From IMG/VR virus record IMGVR_UViG_3300034101_000486, positions 1-58,016 of that record: a DNA stretch of 58,016 bases, one strand, 5' to 3'. Under the pieces are notes generated by a model. The model made no database searches and was not told where the DNA came from. It saw only the letters and a list, made by a program, of their open reading frames with translations. The position numbers and the translations under genes are program-made. Shown here piece by piece: positions 36,468-47,300 of the stretch. How positions within the stretch are numbered: position 1 is the stretch's first letter; each line of letters starts with the position of its first letter. The stretch comes from a virus. Its lineage: Duplodnaviria > Caudoviricetes.

Positions 36468-38272
36468 TATGCAACCCCTTTCAAATAGCTGAGTGGTGAC
36501 TTAGCGTTGGGGCTGAATTTACCCTTAGCCAGTACTTTACCTTTGTGTGAACGGATGTTACTACGCATAGCGTCAAGGCGCTTAGCGCCCTCTTTGTTGG
36601 AGCCGTCGCCGAGCATTGCAACTGTTTCTGCGTCAATCACGTATTCACCATCTGAGAGTTTAGCATCAATGGTGTCTGCTCGACCAGAACCCGCTCCCTG
36701 AGCGAATCGGGCAACAGCTGACAGAGCGCCACCTTGTGCCATTCTGGGCGGAGGGGTGGTCGCTGGTTGCATATTATAAGCGCCAGAAGTGATTTTTGGC
36801 CAACTCCGCGCCATGTATTCAGTCAGGCTCAAGTTGTTTGAATTAGCATCACTTTGTAACTTGTTCCAGTCCCATGCGATTGACGGGCGGTTAAAGTATT
36901 CTTGCTGCTCGGGAGACATCTGTTTGATCGCCTGCTGTACCTGCGGAGGGGCGTTACCGAGGCTACCCAAAAGCGTAGCACCGGCTAAGACGTTTCTAGC
37001 CGAGAAAGGACTCTCAGAACCCGTAGGAGCGCCTGCGGTTTTGAATTGACCCAGCGGTGATTGGGCGGTCGCGGTCATACCGCCACCCATATCTTGACTA
37101 CCGTAACCTTGAGGGGCGACAGGCGCTCTGGGGTTCGTCAAAGAGTAATCAACGTCTAGGCTCTCAGGACCTTTGTAACCCATCTGTCCTGTCATGAAGT
37201 TGGTTGTGCCGTAACCCGCCTCAGGCACGCCGCTATAAGAGTAATCACCACCCTTAGGCATTTTCAAACCTTCTAGCACTGCGTCTGATGGCTTCATGCC
37301 GAGGTTGCTAGATTGAGCAGGACGAGCCATACCCGCTGCCAGACCCGCCAAGCCCCCGCCGATGATCGCAGACTTGGGATCATAACCGGCGGCAATCATG
37401 TTACCGAACTGTTTACCGCCTGCGCCGAATGCCGCGCTACCGGTGATGTCGCCGAGTTGCTGTCCTGCGTAAGTACCTAGAGCACCCGTAGCTGCGCCTT
37501 TCAAGAAGCCTTGACCCGACGCCACGCCCATTCCGCCGCCGATCAGCGCATTACCTAAGACTTTCTGTCCCGCTGCGCCTAAGTCTAAACCTAAACCACT
37601 GTTAGCCGCGCCGCCCACGTATTCACCTAGACCACCGCCCAGACCGCCCAACACCGCGCCTTTGAGCGGATCGCCGCCGGTCAGAGCAGCCGTCGTGCCG
37701 CCGATAACGGCGCTACCCGCCATAGTTGCAGCTGTGCCGGTTAAACCCATAGAAGCGCCAATTGCTGAGCCAGCTCCAGGCACAATGAAATCCAACGCAA
37801 TCGGCAATGCTATCGCTAAGAACTTCTTCAAACTGAAATATTCAGGGTAGCCTGTGCGGGGGTTAATCGTTCCTGAACCACCCATGCGCTTGAGCATCTC
37901 GGCTTCACGCGGATTGATGTGCGCCAGCATCGTATCACCGTGCCGACCCATAGAAGCCAGACCGCCCTTAGCAAAACCTTTCTGCTTAGTACGCTCTTGC
38001 ATTCCGTACAACAATACGAGCAGGGAGATGATAACGATCGGGTCAAACTGCTCAGGCAAGTCACCCTGTTCAACCATGTCATCTTGGATCGCCGAAGCTA
38101 AGATCTCTGGGTATTTATCAGGGTTATTGAGCGCAAACTCAAGCATCTGCACGAGTTCATCTAAGCCCTCGCTCGTAATCGGCATGTCACCGATCTGATT
38201 CTCAAGGACTAAAACGGCTTTAGAAAACCGAGGGTCGCTTTTCGCAATTTCTAAAATTTCTTGTTTATTCAT
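36467..38272 (-). CDS. Putative ejection protein with glycine-zipper membrane segments
   Basis: GDTMLAHINP.EA..L...GGSGTINP.TG.PEY, Gly-rich hydrophobic region, C-terminal G..DTI.AKLSDGEYV. Confidence 0.6.
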   Translation of the reverse strand: MNKQEILEIAKSDPRFSKAVLVLENQIGDMPITSEGLDELVQMLEFALNNPDKYPEILASAIQDDMVEQGDLPEQFDPIVIISLLVLLYGMQERTKQKGFAKGGLASMGRHGDTMLAHINPREAEMLKRMGGSGTINPRTGYPEYFSLKKFLAIALPIALDFIVPGAGSAIGASMGLTGTAATMAGSAVIGGTTAALTGGDPLKGAVLGGLGGGLGEYVGGAANSGLGLDLGAAGQKVLGNALIGGGMGVASGQGFLKGAATGALGTYAGQQLGDITGSAAFGAGGKQFGNMIAAGYDPKSAIIGGGLAGLAAGMARPAQSSNLGMKPSDAVLEGLKMPKGGDYSYSGVPEAGYGTTNFMTGQMGYKGPESLDVDYSLTNPRAPVAPQGYGSQDMGGGMTATAQSPLGQFKTAGAPTGSESPFSARNVLAGATLLGSLGNAPPQVQQAIKQMSPEQQEYFNRPSIAWDWNKLQSDANSNNLSLTEYMARSWPKITSGAYNMQPATTPPPRMAQGGALSAVARFAQGAGSGRADTIDAKLSDGEYVIDAETVAMLGDGSNKEGAKRLDAMRSNIRSHKGKVLAKGKFSPNAKSPLSYLKGVA

Positions 38273-38290
38273 TCGTAACTCCAGATCTCA

Positions 38291-38524
38291 TTACTCAGCC
38301 GCCTGACAGAACCGCTCCGCCCATTCTCGCCAGTCAGTAAAACCGTATGGGATGGGGAAGTTTTCTCTCAACGTCAAGTTGTTCAAAAACTGCATTGCCC
38401 AATTTTGCCAATTCTCTTCATCATCCAACCGCCCGAACGCGCCGTAAGGGTCAAGGTCGAGCGTGATCTGGTCAGCCCAGTCACGTAGCTCCATACCTTT
38501 GGGGAGGGTGATACGTACGCTCAT
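38291..38524 (-). CDS. Trp-rich hypothetical virion protein (77 aa)
   Basis: ATGA-coupled to tail hub gene. Confidence 0.65.
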   Translation of the reverse strand: MSVRITLPKGMELRDWADQITLDLDPYGAFGRLDDEENWQNWAMQFLNNLTLRENFPIPYGFTDWREWAERFCQAAE

Positions 38525-40368
38525 CCCAGCACCGTCTTATCGCCGCTACTAATGTGACCGAGGATCTGACCCATTTGGTAATCACCGTAAACCTGATTAG
38601 ATTCAAAGCGCACGCGGAGTTCGCGGCGCTGCTCTTTGAGCATGACGATCTCTTGAAACGGCTCGGTAATGTTGTCAGGGTCGACGAATGTGAAGTTAGA
38701 GCTATAGACCTCAGGGGCGCGAGCGTTAGCACGACCCGTAACCTGTACCGTCATGTCGCCGTTCTGAACGAAGTCAGGTTCAATGCGAGTAATACGTAAG
38801 TACTCATTTTTACCCTGCACAGCTGAAGACAAATCGGCGGTTTCAAAGTAAGAACGGATGGGGTTGATGTTAGCGCCGTCAATCTCGTCAACGCCCTGCT
38901 CTTGAACCCAGACGCGGTAGTCGCTACCTTCGCCCACCGCACCTGCTAGAATAGGCGCAGCGAATGAGTTGTTGAACGAACCGGCAGAGCGCCCGTTAGC
39001 GGGTAGCTCAGTATCATACCATGTGTTCTCACGCACGTTATAGATGACCGCGTGTGTGCATTCAGTAGCGTCGCCGCGAGGGTAGCACCACCAGATCTCA
39101 CCATAGCGAGGTACTTTGAACGCAAACACTTTATTGCGCTCGCGCTTGTTGAGACCGTCAAAGAAGTAATTCAGGTTCAATGAGTTTGGCACTTCGCGCA
39201 CCACGCCGTTGAACATCAGAAACCGGTCAACGCCTGCCCAGAAAAACACGCCGTCATAGTCAATAACGGCGTTCTCAGAGATGATGGAGGTGTCAGTGGC
39301 AACTACGTCGAACTGAAACACAGTTGAGCCGCCCGTGAAGGTGGCTCGAATGACCGCGTCAAATGCCCAGAAGATTCCGGCAGGGGCTGTGCCTGAACCG
39401 GCGCGTAAGGGTAAACCCTTGATGATCTTTTGACCCCAAACCCGAGCCACACCCGCGCCCGAACCGGTATCGGTCAGGTTTGTCGGCTCTCCTGGCACAG
39501 ACCAACCGATGATTCCGTCCGTTCCATAGTAGAACAAATATGGGTGTAGAGAGACGATACCGCCGGTGCAGTTTGTGTTAGCGGGCAGGTTTATAGATTG
39601 CAGGATACCGGTGCCGAGCACTTCTCCAAAGAAGATCTGTCCGCCGTCGCTGTTTGAAATACTACGCAGGTTAGGTGAAACATGCGCCAGTAGGTAGTTT
39701 TGATTGGTTGAAGAATCATACTGGTAATCAAACATCCAAGCATTCTCATCGCTAGCGACTAACGCATCAGAGCCGCCGGTCATGTCGGTGGTTGAAGTCG
39801 TGATCGTAGTAGCCGTAGCCACCACCGCAAAGCCGTTAGGCGCTGAACCCGCCGTAGACGCGCTGATAGTGATTGTAGTTCCCACCGCAATCGCAGAATA
39901 GTTAGGGCTTGACGTGTAGGCGTTGATGTTAGAAGCGATCGCCGTAGCCGTACCTGCTAAGCTCGTCGTGTAGGAAACTGAGCCGGACATGATGTTGACG
40001 CCGTCAACAGTTATACTGTTAACCGAACCAGAAGCACCGCCCGTCAGGATGACCGTACCGGTAGAAGCGACTGCCGCCGGTGTGCGGTTAGTAACGACTG
40101 AGCTGTTTCCTGTCGAATCTAAAGTGAAGCGCTCAAGCAGATTCGCGCTACCTGAATGGCAGTAGATGTAATCTTGCTGTGTGAAGTTTGAAAACCCGCG
40201 ACTGATCTCAGTCAAATACTTCTGTGTTGACCTGTAGCCGCCGATTTTACGGGGCAAACCGCGTTGCCAACGAACCCATTGTCCGTCGGTGTAGAAATTA
40301 CCGTCGAATTTAGTACCGTCCCGCTTGATGCCAGGTTCGGACTTCAGGATGACAGTAGTTTCAGGCAT
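38521..40368 (-). CDS. Tail hub/nozzle (tubular protein B, P22 gp10-like)
   Basis: PGIKRDGT..DGQWVRW.RG.PRKIGG start, beta-rich, EIWW.YP, YN..EN.WY, IEPDF. Confidence 0.7.
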   Translation of the reverse strand: MPETTVILKSEPGIKRDGTKFDGNFYTDGQWVRWQRGLPRKIGGYRSTQKYLTEISRGFSNFTQQDYIYCHSGSANLLERFTLDSTGNSSVVTNRTPAAVASTGTVILTGGASGSVNSITVDGVNIMSGSVSYTTSLAGTATAIASNINAYTSSPNYSAIAVGTTITISASTAGSAPNGFAVVATATTITTSTTDMTGGSDALVASDENAWMFDYQYDSSTNQNYLLAHVSPNLRSISNSDGGQIFFGEVLGTGILQSINLPANTNCTGGIVSLHPYLFYYGTDGIIGWSVPGEPTNLTDTGSGAGVARVWGQKIIKGLPLRAGSGTAPAGIFWAFDAVIRATFTGGSTVFQFDVVATDTSIISENAVIDYDGVFFWAGVDRFLMFNGVVREVPNSLNLNYFFDGLNKRERNKVFAFKVPRYGEIWWCYPRGDATECTHAVIYNVRENTWYDTELPANGRSAGSFNNSFAAPILAGAVGEGSDYRVWVQEQGVDEIDGANINPIRSYFETADLSSAVQGKNEYLRITRIEPDFVQNGDMTVQVTGRANARAPEVYSSNFTFVDPDNITEPFQEIVMLKEQRRELRVRFESNQVYGDYQMGQILGHISSGDKTVLG

Positions 40369-41567
40369 CAGAACGTCCCGCCGTTAATGTTACCCGCCTG
40401 AGCAACGCCCAGCACACCCCACGCGGCAGCTTGATCAACCGCCGTAAACAGACTTGTACCCACAGAAGTGCCGCCCAAGTTGATCAACGCAGATCCGGCG
40501 CTCGTAGCACCCGTACCACCCTGATTCACCGCGATAGGGTAAGAAACACCAGCCGTGTCAGCACGTAAGACGTCAGTGCCGTCGCTGTACAAAATAGCAC
40601 GTTCGCCGCTAGCGAGGATAACTCCTAAGCCCGCCGGTGTTTTTACGGTGAAGGTGTAAGCGCCGCTGGTCTGGTTGTCAACCCAGTACTGCTGTACTGT
40701 GGCGGGCACAATGATGTTACGATTACCGGTCAGCGTGCCCGTAAAGCGATACGCCACGCGGTTGAGTTCAGTACCGGTCAGCGTGTAGTTACCTGTACCG
40801 CCGACGGCAATCACGGTATAGTCAAATGCGAACGTCGCAGATTGACCGAAACCGATCGTGTAAAAGTTGGTACCGTCGGAGGCGATGATTGAAGACTCTC
40901 CTGGCTGAAAGCTCAAGAAAGATGTACCGTCAATCAGCGTAGATCCAGGAGCATCAGCTGAAATCGCACCGCTACCCGAGTTACGCAAGTAGAGGAACCA
41001 GTTATTGCCGACGACTGTGGGGTCGGGCAGCGTCAATGTGCCACCCGCGCCGGTCCAGTTGAACATCTTAGCGCGGTCGGACTGGGTACTCGTGTAGTTG
41101 CTGTTGAACGATGTAATCGGCACTGACTGAGAAAGCAACGCGCCCACGGCTACGATACCTGTACCGGCTAACGCGGAGGCGTTGGCTTCAGAGACCGTAG
41201 CGCCGAACTGCAACGATTCCCAAGTACCCGCCACGGTCGAGTTGTTAGTCAGGTAGACCTGCCAGACCGTTCCTGAGGCAATCGAGACGATCTGAACTCC
41301 GGTGGCGTCCTTGACTACAAAAGTCTGAGCGCCTTGGTTATTGAACAGAACCGTATTACCTGTGCCAGTCTTAGAGGCATCAGGCATCGTGATTGACAAA
41401 CCAGCAGAGGACGCCGTGACGTCCATGATGCGGGTGGCGAGGTTGTTGCTAGCGGAGGTTTCTTCTGGCCAGCTCAGAACAATGTTTGTTGAGAGCGCAA
41501 CTGAACTGTAGCTGATCTCGCTGGGGTAGATATTAGCGCCACCAAAGACGTCGGTATAAATAGGCAT
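40368..41567 (-). CDS. Tail structural protein
   Basis: Beta-strand-rich Ser/Thr/Gly composition, TLTLP repeats, ends GGTF. Confidence 0.65.
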   Translation of the reverse strand: MPIYTDVFGGANIYPSEISYSSVALSTNIVLSWPEETSASNNLATRIMDVTASSAGLSITMPDASKTGTGNTVLFNNQGAQTFVVKDATGVQIVSIASGTVWQVYLTNNSTVAGTWESLQFGATVSEANASALAGTGIVAVGALLSQSVPITSFNSNYTSTQSDRAKMFNWTGAGGTLTLPDPTVVGNNWFLYLRNSGSGAISADAPGSTLIDGTSFLSFQPGESSIIASDGTNFYTIGFGQSATFAFDYTVIAVGGTGNYTLTGTELNRVAYRFTGTLTGNRNIIVPATVQQYWVDNQTSGAYTFTVKTPAGLGVILASGERAILYSDGTDVLRADTAGVSYPIAVNQGGTGATSAGSALINLGGTSVGTSLFTAVDQAAAWGVLGVAQAGNINGGTF

Positions 41568-42199
41568 TACGCTTCACTCCTGTTTGCAGTACGATCCATG
41601 ATACGCTTCAGGTCTTCCCCGTTGAGCGCCTGAGCAGCGCGGTCGTACATCATTTGCCACGTCTGAATACGCTCATCACTTTTGAGGAACGGGGTGGCTT
41701 CGAGCAGCGTTGCGTAAAGCAGCACATCCGGTGCGTATTCAGTGAGCCAGTTGGTTTGAAATTCTTCACCCAGAAAACGCGGCTGCTCGTAGTAAAGTAC
41801 TTCAAGCGTCTGTGCGGTGGCTGGGGTCGGGGTGATAATCCAGTGCTGATAGTCATAGTCAGCATAGTAAGCAGGGCTGCCGGTTTGGGCTTCGTTTGGC
41901 CAGTAGTTGCGAATATATTCGTAAGAACGGGCAAAGATCGGTGTCCCGTTGACAGTCATACTGACGGTATCGCGCCAGCGGTCAGGCTTCAGGTAGACGG
42001 CAACCCCCGCCGAGAGCGGCGTGGTGACGGCACGGATAAAGCCCTCAACCTTGAGTTCACGGGCGATACGGCGCTCACCTAATGTAATTAGGCGAGGTAG
42101 CTGGTCGTAAACGATCTGGTCGCTCTCTTGCGTGAAACCACGTTCAAGGTAGCGACGCACGTCCACCAGCAAACTGTCGTACGTCATGCTATAGCTCAT
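41567..42199 (-). CDS. Head-tail adaptor / tail tubular protein A
   Basis: MTYDSL..D...YLER, G.P.YYA, PTP, PDVLLYATLLEA. Confidence 0.7.
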   Translation of the reverse strand: MSYSMTYDSLLVDVRRYLERGFTQESDQIVYDQLPRLITLGERRIARELKVEGFIRAVTTPLSAGVAVYLKPDRWRDTVSMTVNGTPIFARSYEYIRNYWPNEAQTGSPAYYADYDYQHWIITPTPATAQTLEVLYYEQPRFLGEEFQTNWLTEYAPDVLLYATLLEATPFLKSDERIQTWQMMYDRAAQALNGEDLKRIMDRTANRSEA

Positions 42200-42249
42200 A
42201 AATACTCCATGGGTATTAGCAGCTGATTCAGCATGCGCCGTTTTGATGA

Positions 42250-42279
42250 ATTATAGCCTTGAAACAAGTTTCAAGGCAA
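42250..42279 (-). promoter_or_regulatory. Promoter TTGCCT-N18-TATAAT overlapping palindrome GCCTTGAAAC-NN-GTTTCAAGGC
   Basis: Perfect 10-bp inverted repeat at 42256-42277. Confidence 0.7.
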
Positions 42280-42295
42280 ATTGTTCTAGTCTGCT

Positions 42296-42772
42296 TCACG
42301 AGAGAAACACAGCTCTCTCGTCAATGCGGCGCTTCTGAAGCCCCTTCAGGACTTTACCCCCCGCCATGCAATACTTCAAGAGTTCCTCAGCAGCACCCGC
42401 TTTATCGCCGCGTAGCAGCTTTTGACGCAACGTCGAACGCTGGAGTGTTCCCAGACCGACGTTAAAAGCAAAAGACACAAGAGCATCAAACTGCCCTTGT
42501 GTAAGAGGTACAGGACAGAAGCGTCCCACTCCACGCTCAAACCGGTTAAGATCGTTTCTGAGAATCCCATCTACTTCTTCTTTTGTAAACTGTCTGTTAT
42601 CTTCCGCACGAAGCGCATAACCGCCTCTTTGATCGATTGGTAGCTTGCCTTGATCTGGATAAAGTACATGACCGACTCCTATAGTCCACAGCTTTGCTGG
42701 GCATTGATAAGGTTTGAACCGAACACCCTCATGGTGTTTGATCATCTCGATTGCTTTAGGCGAGACGTTCAT
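42296..42772 (-). CDS. Endolysin, GH24 lysozyme
   Basis: HHEG....Y.CPA..WTIGVGH (E-x8-C-x5-T), QFDALVSF.FN.G, GL.KRR..E. Confidence 0.92.
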   Translation of the reverse strand: MNVSPKAIEMIKHHEGVRFKPYQCPAKLWTIGVGHVLYPDQGKLPIDQRGGYALRAEDNRQFTKEEVDGILRNDLNRFERGVGRFCPVPLTQGQFDALVSFAFNVGLGTLQRSTLRQKLLRGDKAGAAEELLKYCMAGGKVLKGLQKRRIDERAVFLS

Positions 42773-43284
42773 TTACCGAACGCCCGACCACCGAAGTGAA
42801 ACGCGATGATGCTAGCAAACAACGCCTGCGTTTCGCTGTCCCATAACATGTTGAGCAGGTCATCAAACGGAACGCTCATGTAGTAGCCGTACCAGAAACC
42901 CGCGATGTCCACAAAAACCAGCAGGAAAAAGAAGCCGTAAGTAATGACAGGGCGAACGCTGGCGCGGAGGTTTTTCATCCACTGACTGGTTCCCTCATTC
43001 AAGCTCGCGTCATGGGCGTAGATTGCTTGCATCTCTGCCTGCTGAGCGCCGATGAGGGCTTGGCTTGTCTGAGCGGCGCTTTCCGTTGCTAGCTGCTCTG
43101 AGCGGATATGTTCTACGCGCTCTTGAGCTTCAAAACCGAGCTTACGCATCTCCAGCTCGCGCTGGATCTGGAGCTGGGCGAGCGCCAACTCATGTGCTTT
43201 GTCTTGCCGACCTTGAAAGAACTCTAAGAGCTTGGGCAGTCCGCCCATCAAGAATGAGATCAGGGTTGAGAGTAATGTCAGCAT
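42769..43284 (-). CDS. Holin-like membrane protein (3TM family)
   Basis: W..NLRASVRPVITY, hydrophobic helices, FHFGGR end; adjacent to lysozyme. Confidence 0.7.
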   Translation of the reverse strand: MLTLLSTLISFLMGGLPKLLEFFQGRQDKAHELALAQLQIQRELEMRKLGFEAQERVEHIRSEQLATESAAQTSQALIGAQQAEMQAIYAHDASLNEGTSQWMKNLRASVRPVITYGFFFLLVFVDIAGFWYGYYMSVPFDDLLNMLWDSETQALFASIIAFHFGGRAFGK

Positions 43285-43556
43285 TTGCCGTCCTTTTTAG
43301 TGTCTTCATTTTGCATGAGTTTGATACCGGAGAGGAATCCAATCATGCCACCGATTAGCGTAGAAAACGCGGGTGAAATCATTTTGAATATTTCAGCGTT
43401 ATCTACTTCTTTAGCCCATAACCCGAGCATAAAGGCGGTGACCATTGCCAACACGGAAATGCACAGCGTTGTACTGACCATTAGCGTGACGTACAACGTC
43501 AGTTTTTCCTTGGTGTCTGGCACCGGCTTCCTTGGTTGTCGTATTGGTTTTTGCAT
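43278..43556 (-). CDS. Two-TM membrane protein
   Basis: Two hydrophobic helices in lysis region. Confidence 0.65.
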   Translation of the reverse strand: MQKPIRQPRKPVPDTKEKLTLYVTLMVSTTLCISVLAMVTAFMLGLWAKEVDNAEIFKMISPAFSTLIGGMIGFLSGIKLMQNEDTKKDGKC

Positions 43557-43562
43557 ACGTCC

Positions 43563-43805
43563 TCACACCAACTTGTCAATCTCAGTATTCTGATTCACGA
43601 TCTGAATGTTGATAATCAACTGCTTCATCCGCATCTCGTAAATCTCCCATTCGTACTGATGAAATTTCTTCAATCTCTCAGTGACCTGCGCCTGCAACGC
43701 CCGTTCAGCGTCCAGCCGCTCTACGCGCTTAGCAAACAGGTCAGTCTGCGTCGGGTAAATGCTAGGCTGAACCACGGGGAAATACTTATCAAAACTGACC
43801 TTCAT
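43563..43805 (-). CDS. Hypothetical protein (80 aa)
   Basis: ATGA-coupled ORF. Confidence 0.6.
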   Translation of the reverse strand: MKVSFDKYFPVVQPSIYPTQTDLFAKRVERLDAERALQAQVTERLKKFHQYEWEIYEMRMKQLIINIQIVNQNTEIDKLV

Positions 43806-44089
43806 TTCTTTTCCCTCTCAACTGCTCGGGCGTAGTAATAAAGTACTTTGCTCCGTAATTCTGCGCTATCGGCAACCCCCGCCCATTCGCTCAAATTGTT
43901 CCAAATCACCACCAATTGCCCCGAGTTGCAGCTGTCCCCATTTACGGTAATCCACTGCGAAAGTCTTTGATGCCTTTCGCTCGGGTTGTGCAGCGTCCAC
44001 GCCAGCCCGTAAAAGTCTGAGATCAAACACGTTTCTTTCGCGGTCGCCCCTGCTAGCAGCAGCACTAGTGGTATGAGAGACCAGCGCAT
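43802..44089 (-). CDS. Small protein with predicted signal peptide
   Basis: MRWSLIPLVLLLAGATA; two Cys. Confidence 0.6.
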   Translation of the reverse strand: MRWSLIPLVLLLAGATAKETCLISDFYGLAWTLHNPSERHQRLSQWITVNGDSCNSGQLVVIWNNLSEWAGVADSAELRSKVLYYYARAVEREKK

Positions 44090-44319
44090 TATTCATTTTG
44101 ACCAATAATGACTAAAGTAACCGAACACTGAGGAAATAGCAGACACGAACCCATACCCATCCAAAGACCGCCGCGCCCCTGATTGGCGAGCGCGACGAGC
44201 TTCTCAAGCTGGAGTTCCATCTTGTCTATCTTCTTCTCCATTTCGTCAAACCGGCGCTCGTAGTCCTGAACTTTCTGCCACAACACGCCGTACTTGACCG
44301 GATCAATATCTACTGCCAT
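44089..44319 (-). CDS. Coiled-coil plus membrane-anchor protein, possibly frameshifted near 44151
   Basis: IDPVKYG.L...LVALANQGRGGLW; alternative frame restores a TM tail. Confidence 0.6.
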   Translation of the reverse strand: MAVDIDPVKYGVLWQKVQDYERRFDEMEKKIDKMELQLEKLVALANQGRGGLWMGMGSCLLFPQCSVTLVIIGQNE

Positions 44320-44322
44320 AAT

Positions 44323-47300
44323 TTATCCGTTAGGGAATGCTGCCGTGGGCGGTGTGAAAGTCGTTGTGTATCTGGCGTAGCCTTTAGTGACTCGCAGGTC
44401 ATCTATGTAGCCGTTTAAGCCATTACTTCCTGGCGCGTTTCCATCACCTCCGATAGTCGGTCTACTAGCAGCACCTAAATACGTGTTTGAATCCGTATAG
44501 GTGGAACCTGATTGCGTTCCGTTTATAAACAGTTTGGTACTGGTCCCTGAACGACAAAGAGCGACATGATGCCAACTTCCTGAAGCAGTTGCTACTGTCC
44601 CAGTAATTCTGATTGCGCCATTTAAATAAAAGTTAATATACCCCGCTGATGAATCAAAATAAATTGTTGGGTAGAACCCGTTTACACCACTAGGTCTAGT
44701 ATCATAAATTAAATACGTTGTAGCTGTGCTATTAAAGTAAATCCAAAATTCAATCGTATAAGCACCAGTGCCAAAAGCGTATAAATCAGAAGTTCCAGCA
44801 TTAGGAACAAGATAATCTCCTGACCCATCAAAGTACATCGATGCCGCGCCAAACTTCTTAACGCTTGTAGAAATCTGTGCATTGCCCACAGTTTCTAAGT
44901 CGTTCATCATGGCGTTGTCAAAGATGGCGGCGTTGGTTGCGTTCAACAATAGCGATGTGCCTGTGACTGCTGTTAATGGTGCTGTTGGTGGTGTAAATGC
45001 GCCCGAGTACACAACAGTGTTGGTAATTCGTACATCAGCAAGATAGCCGTTCACCAAGTTAACTGTGGGAGTTCTGCCGCCAACATACAAAGTTCCTGAA
45101 ATGCTGACAGATGGCGCGGTTGCCGCAGTTGCTAACTGTGCGCCATTTAAATAAATTGTCCAATTACTTCCGCTTTTTACAAAAGCCAAATGATGCCATG
45201 CCTTAATTGGAAATGTAGAGCTTGTTGTGTTACCACTAACATTTTGTCCACTTCCGTCAACATACCATTTGATTGGCTGATTTGCTTGACCGCCTGCTAA
45301 TTGGCAAAACCATTGGCTAGAACCACTTGAATAATATGAAACAGGGTCTTGGTCGCTTGAATATGCGTTTAAATAAACCCAAAACTCCACAGTTGCATTT
45401 GTTTGGTTGAACAAATTAAAAGAAGTGTTGGTAGGCGCACTCAAATAATCACCACTACCATCAAAGTACGCAGAGCCGCCATTCACAGCAGGGTTGTACA
45501 CAACCAATGGTACAAATGGACTGAAGCTTTGGACGCTTGGTGTGCCTGCAACGGTAATAGCGGCGGCATTTGAGCTGTTGTCCAAAAAACGATTTGACTG
45601 ACAAACAAGAACTTGAGTGCCTGAAACTGCTGTAATTGGGGTTATGCTTGGTGTAAACGCAGTAGTATATAAAGCCGTTCCAATTACAAGTCGGCAGTTA
45701 CTAATGTAACCTGAAAAATACCCAGAATCAGATGCGTTAATCCGACCAACGCTCATCACGCCAGTTGAATTATTGAACGCGCCACTTACTGTTGATGATG
45801 TTGCGTCTAATGCGCCATTAACAAAGTACCGAACAGTTGTGCCCGATCTAGTAACAGCAATATGGTTCCAAGTGTTAAGCGTACAAGACAACGATGTTCC
45901 AACAACAGCGGCGTTAGTAGCGCCAATACCATAGACAAGCCCAACTTTTCCAGTGCTATTTACATAGAACTGAAATGACTGATTTGACGCAGTGCCACCG
46001 GGCCATTGAGCCAAAACAATGTTTCCGTTTGTTCCAGCAAAAGATGTTGGGTAGATCCAAGCCTCAACAGTAAAATCCCCGCTAATTACATAGTTAGCGT
46101 TGTCAGGCATGGTCAAATAGTCGCTTGAACCATTGAAGTAGTTTGACCAATCCGCCCCATAAGGCGTGAATGTGCCTTGAGTTGTATTGCCAGCACGAGT
46201 GATGACGAAGTTGTTCTGACTGCTGTCTTTGAAGCCGTTGTTGTTGCCGCCACCGTTGTATTGAGTGGTAAGCAGGGATGTGCCGCTGACTGCGGTTAGA
46301 GGAGCTGTAGGTGGCGTGAATGCAGATGTGTAGACTGCTGTGCCTTTGACCATCCTAGCGTCTGCAACATATCCTGTAATCACGGCTGAAGCGTTGTTGT
46401 AGCCAGACACTTTTACAGTTGCCCCTGATGGGTTATTTACAGTAACACCAGTAACTGATGCAGTCGTTCCCCCCGCTACTCCGTTTACATAGATAGTAAG
46501 CGTATTCCCATTACGAACACCTGCAACATGATTCCAAGCATTTGCAATTAAAGAAGTTGAGGATGCGGTATATTGAGTTGTGCTTTGAAAAACTGAAACT
46601 TGAATACTAGTTGCGCTATTTTGATAAATTTCCCAAGCAAAATTGGCGTTTGTGCTTTGACCATTTGAATAATTAAAAACTGAGCCGCTAGTGCCACTTA
46701 GATACACCCATGCTTCAACAGTAAAATTACCAGAGCCGACATCAAACGCAGAATTGTTTGCGACTGTTAATTGATCCCCACTACCATCAAGATACCCAGA
46801 GCCGTATGTCGCCACACTGCTTGGCAGGGTGAATGGTTGGGCGGGGGATACTGCTGTATCACCATTCTTTGTGATGGTGAAAGCGTTTGTGCTGTTATCA
46901 ATGAAGCGGTTGGACTGGCAAGTCAAAAGGCTTGTACCCGAGATTGCCGTCAGGGGTGTAGTGCTTGGAGTGAAAGAGCCTGTATAAACTGCTGTACCTT
47001 TTACTGCACGCAAATTTGATATAAAGCCTTGAAATGGATTACTTGAATTGTCAAAACCATCTATACCAGATGAAGGTCTATTTGCACCACAAGTGTAGTT
47101 AGAGCCTGTATCTGTGTAAGTTGTATTTACTTGTGTGCCGTTCAAATAAATTTTTATTTCAGAACTTTGACGAACAACCGCAACATGATTCCATGTGTTT
47201 AATGTTACTGAACCGCCAGTTGTTACTGAAGTACTGTATTTATAAAAAGAAATTGCGTTGCTTGCATTTATGTAAATACGAATAGCGTCTGTACTTGCAC

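Noticed and set aside
36467-38272. Tape measure protein (siphovirus tail)
   Set aside because: Shares a short C-terminal motif with some tape measures, but no tail tube or chaperone genes are present and neighbours are podoviral hub and ejection genes.
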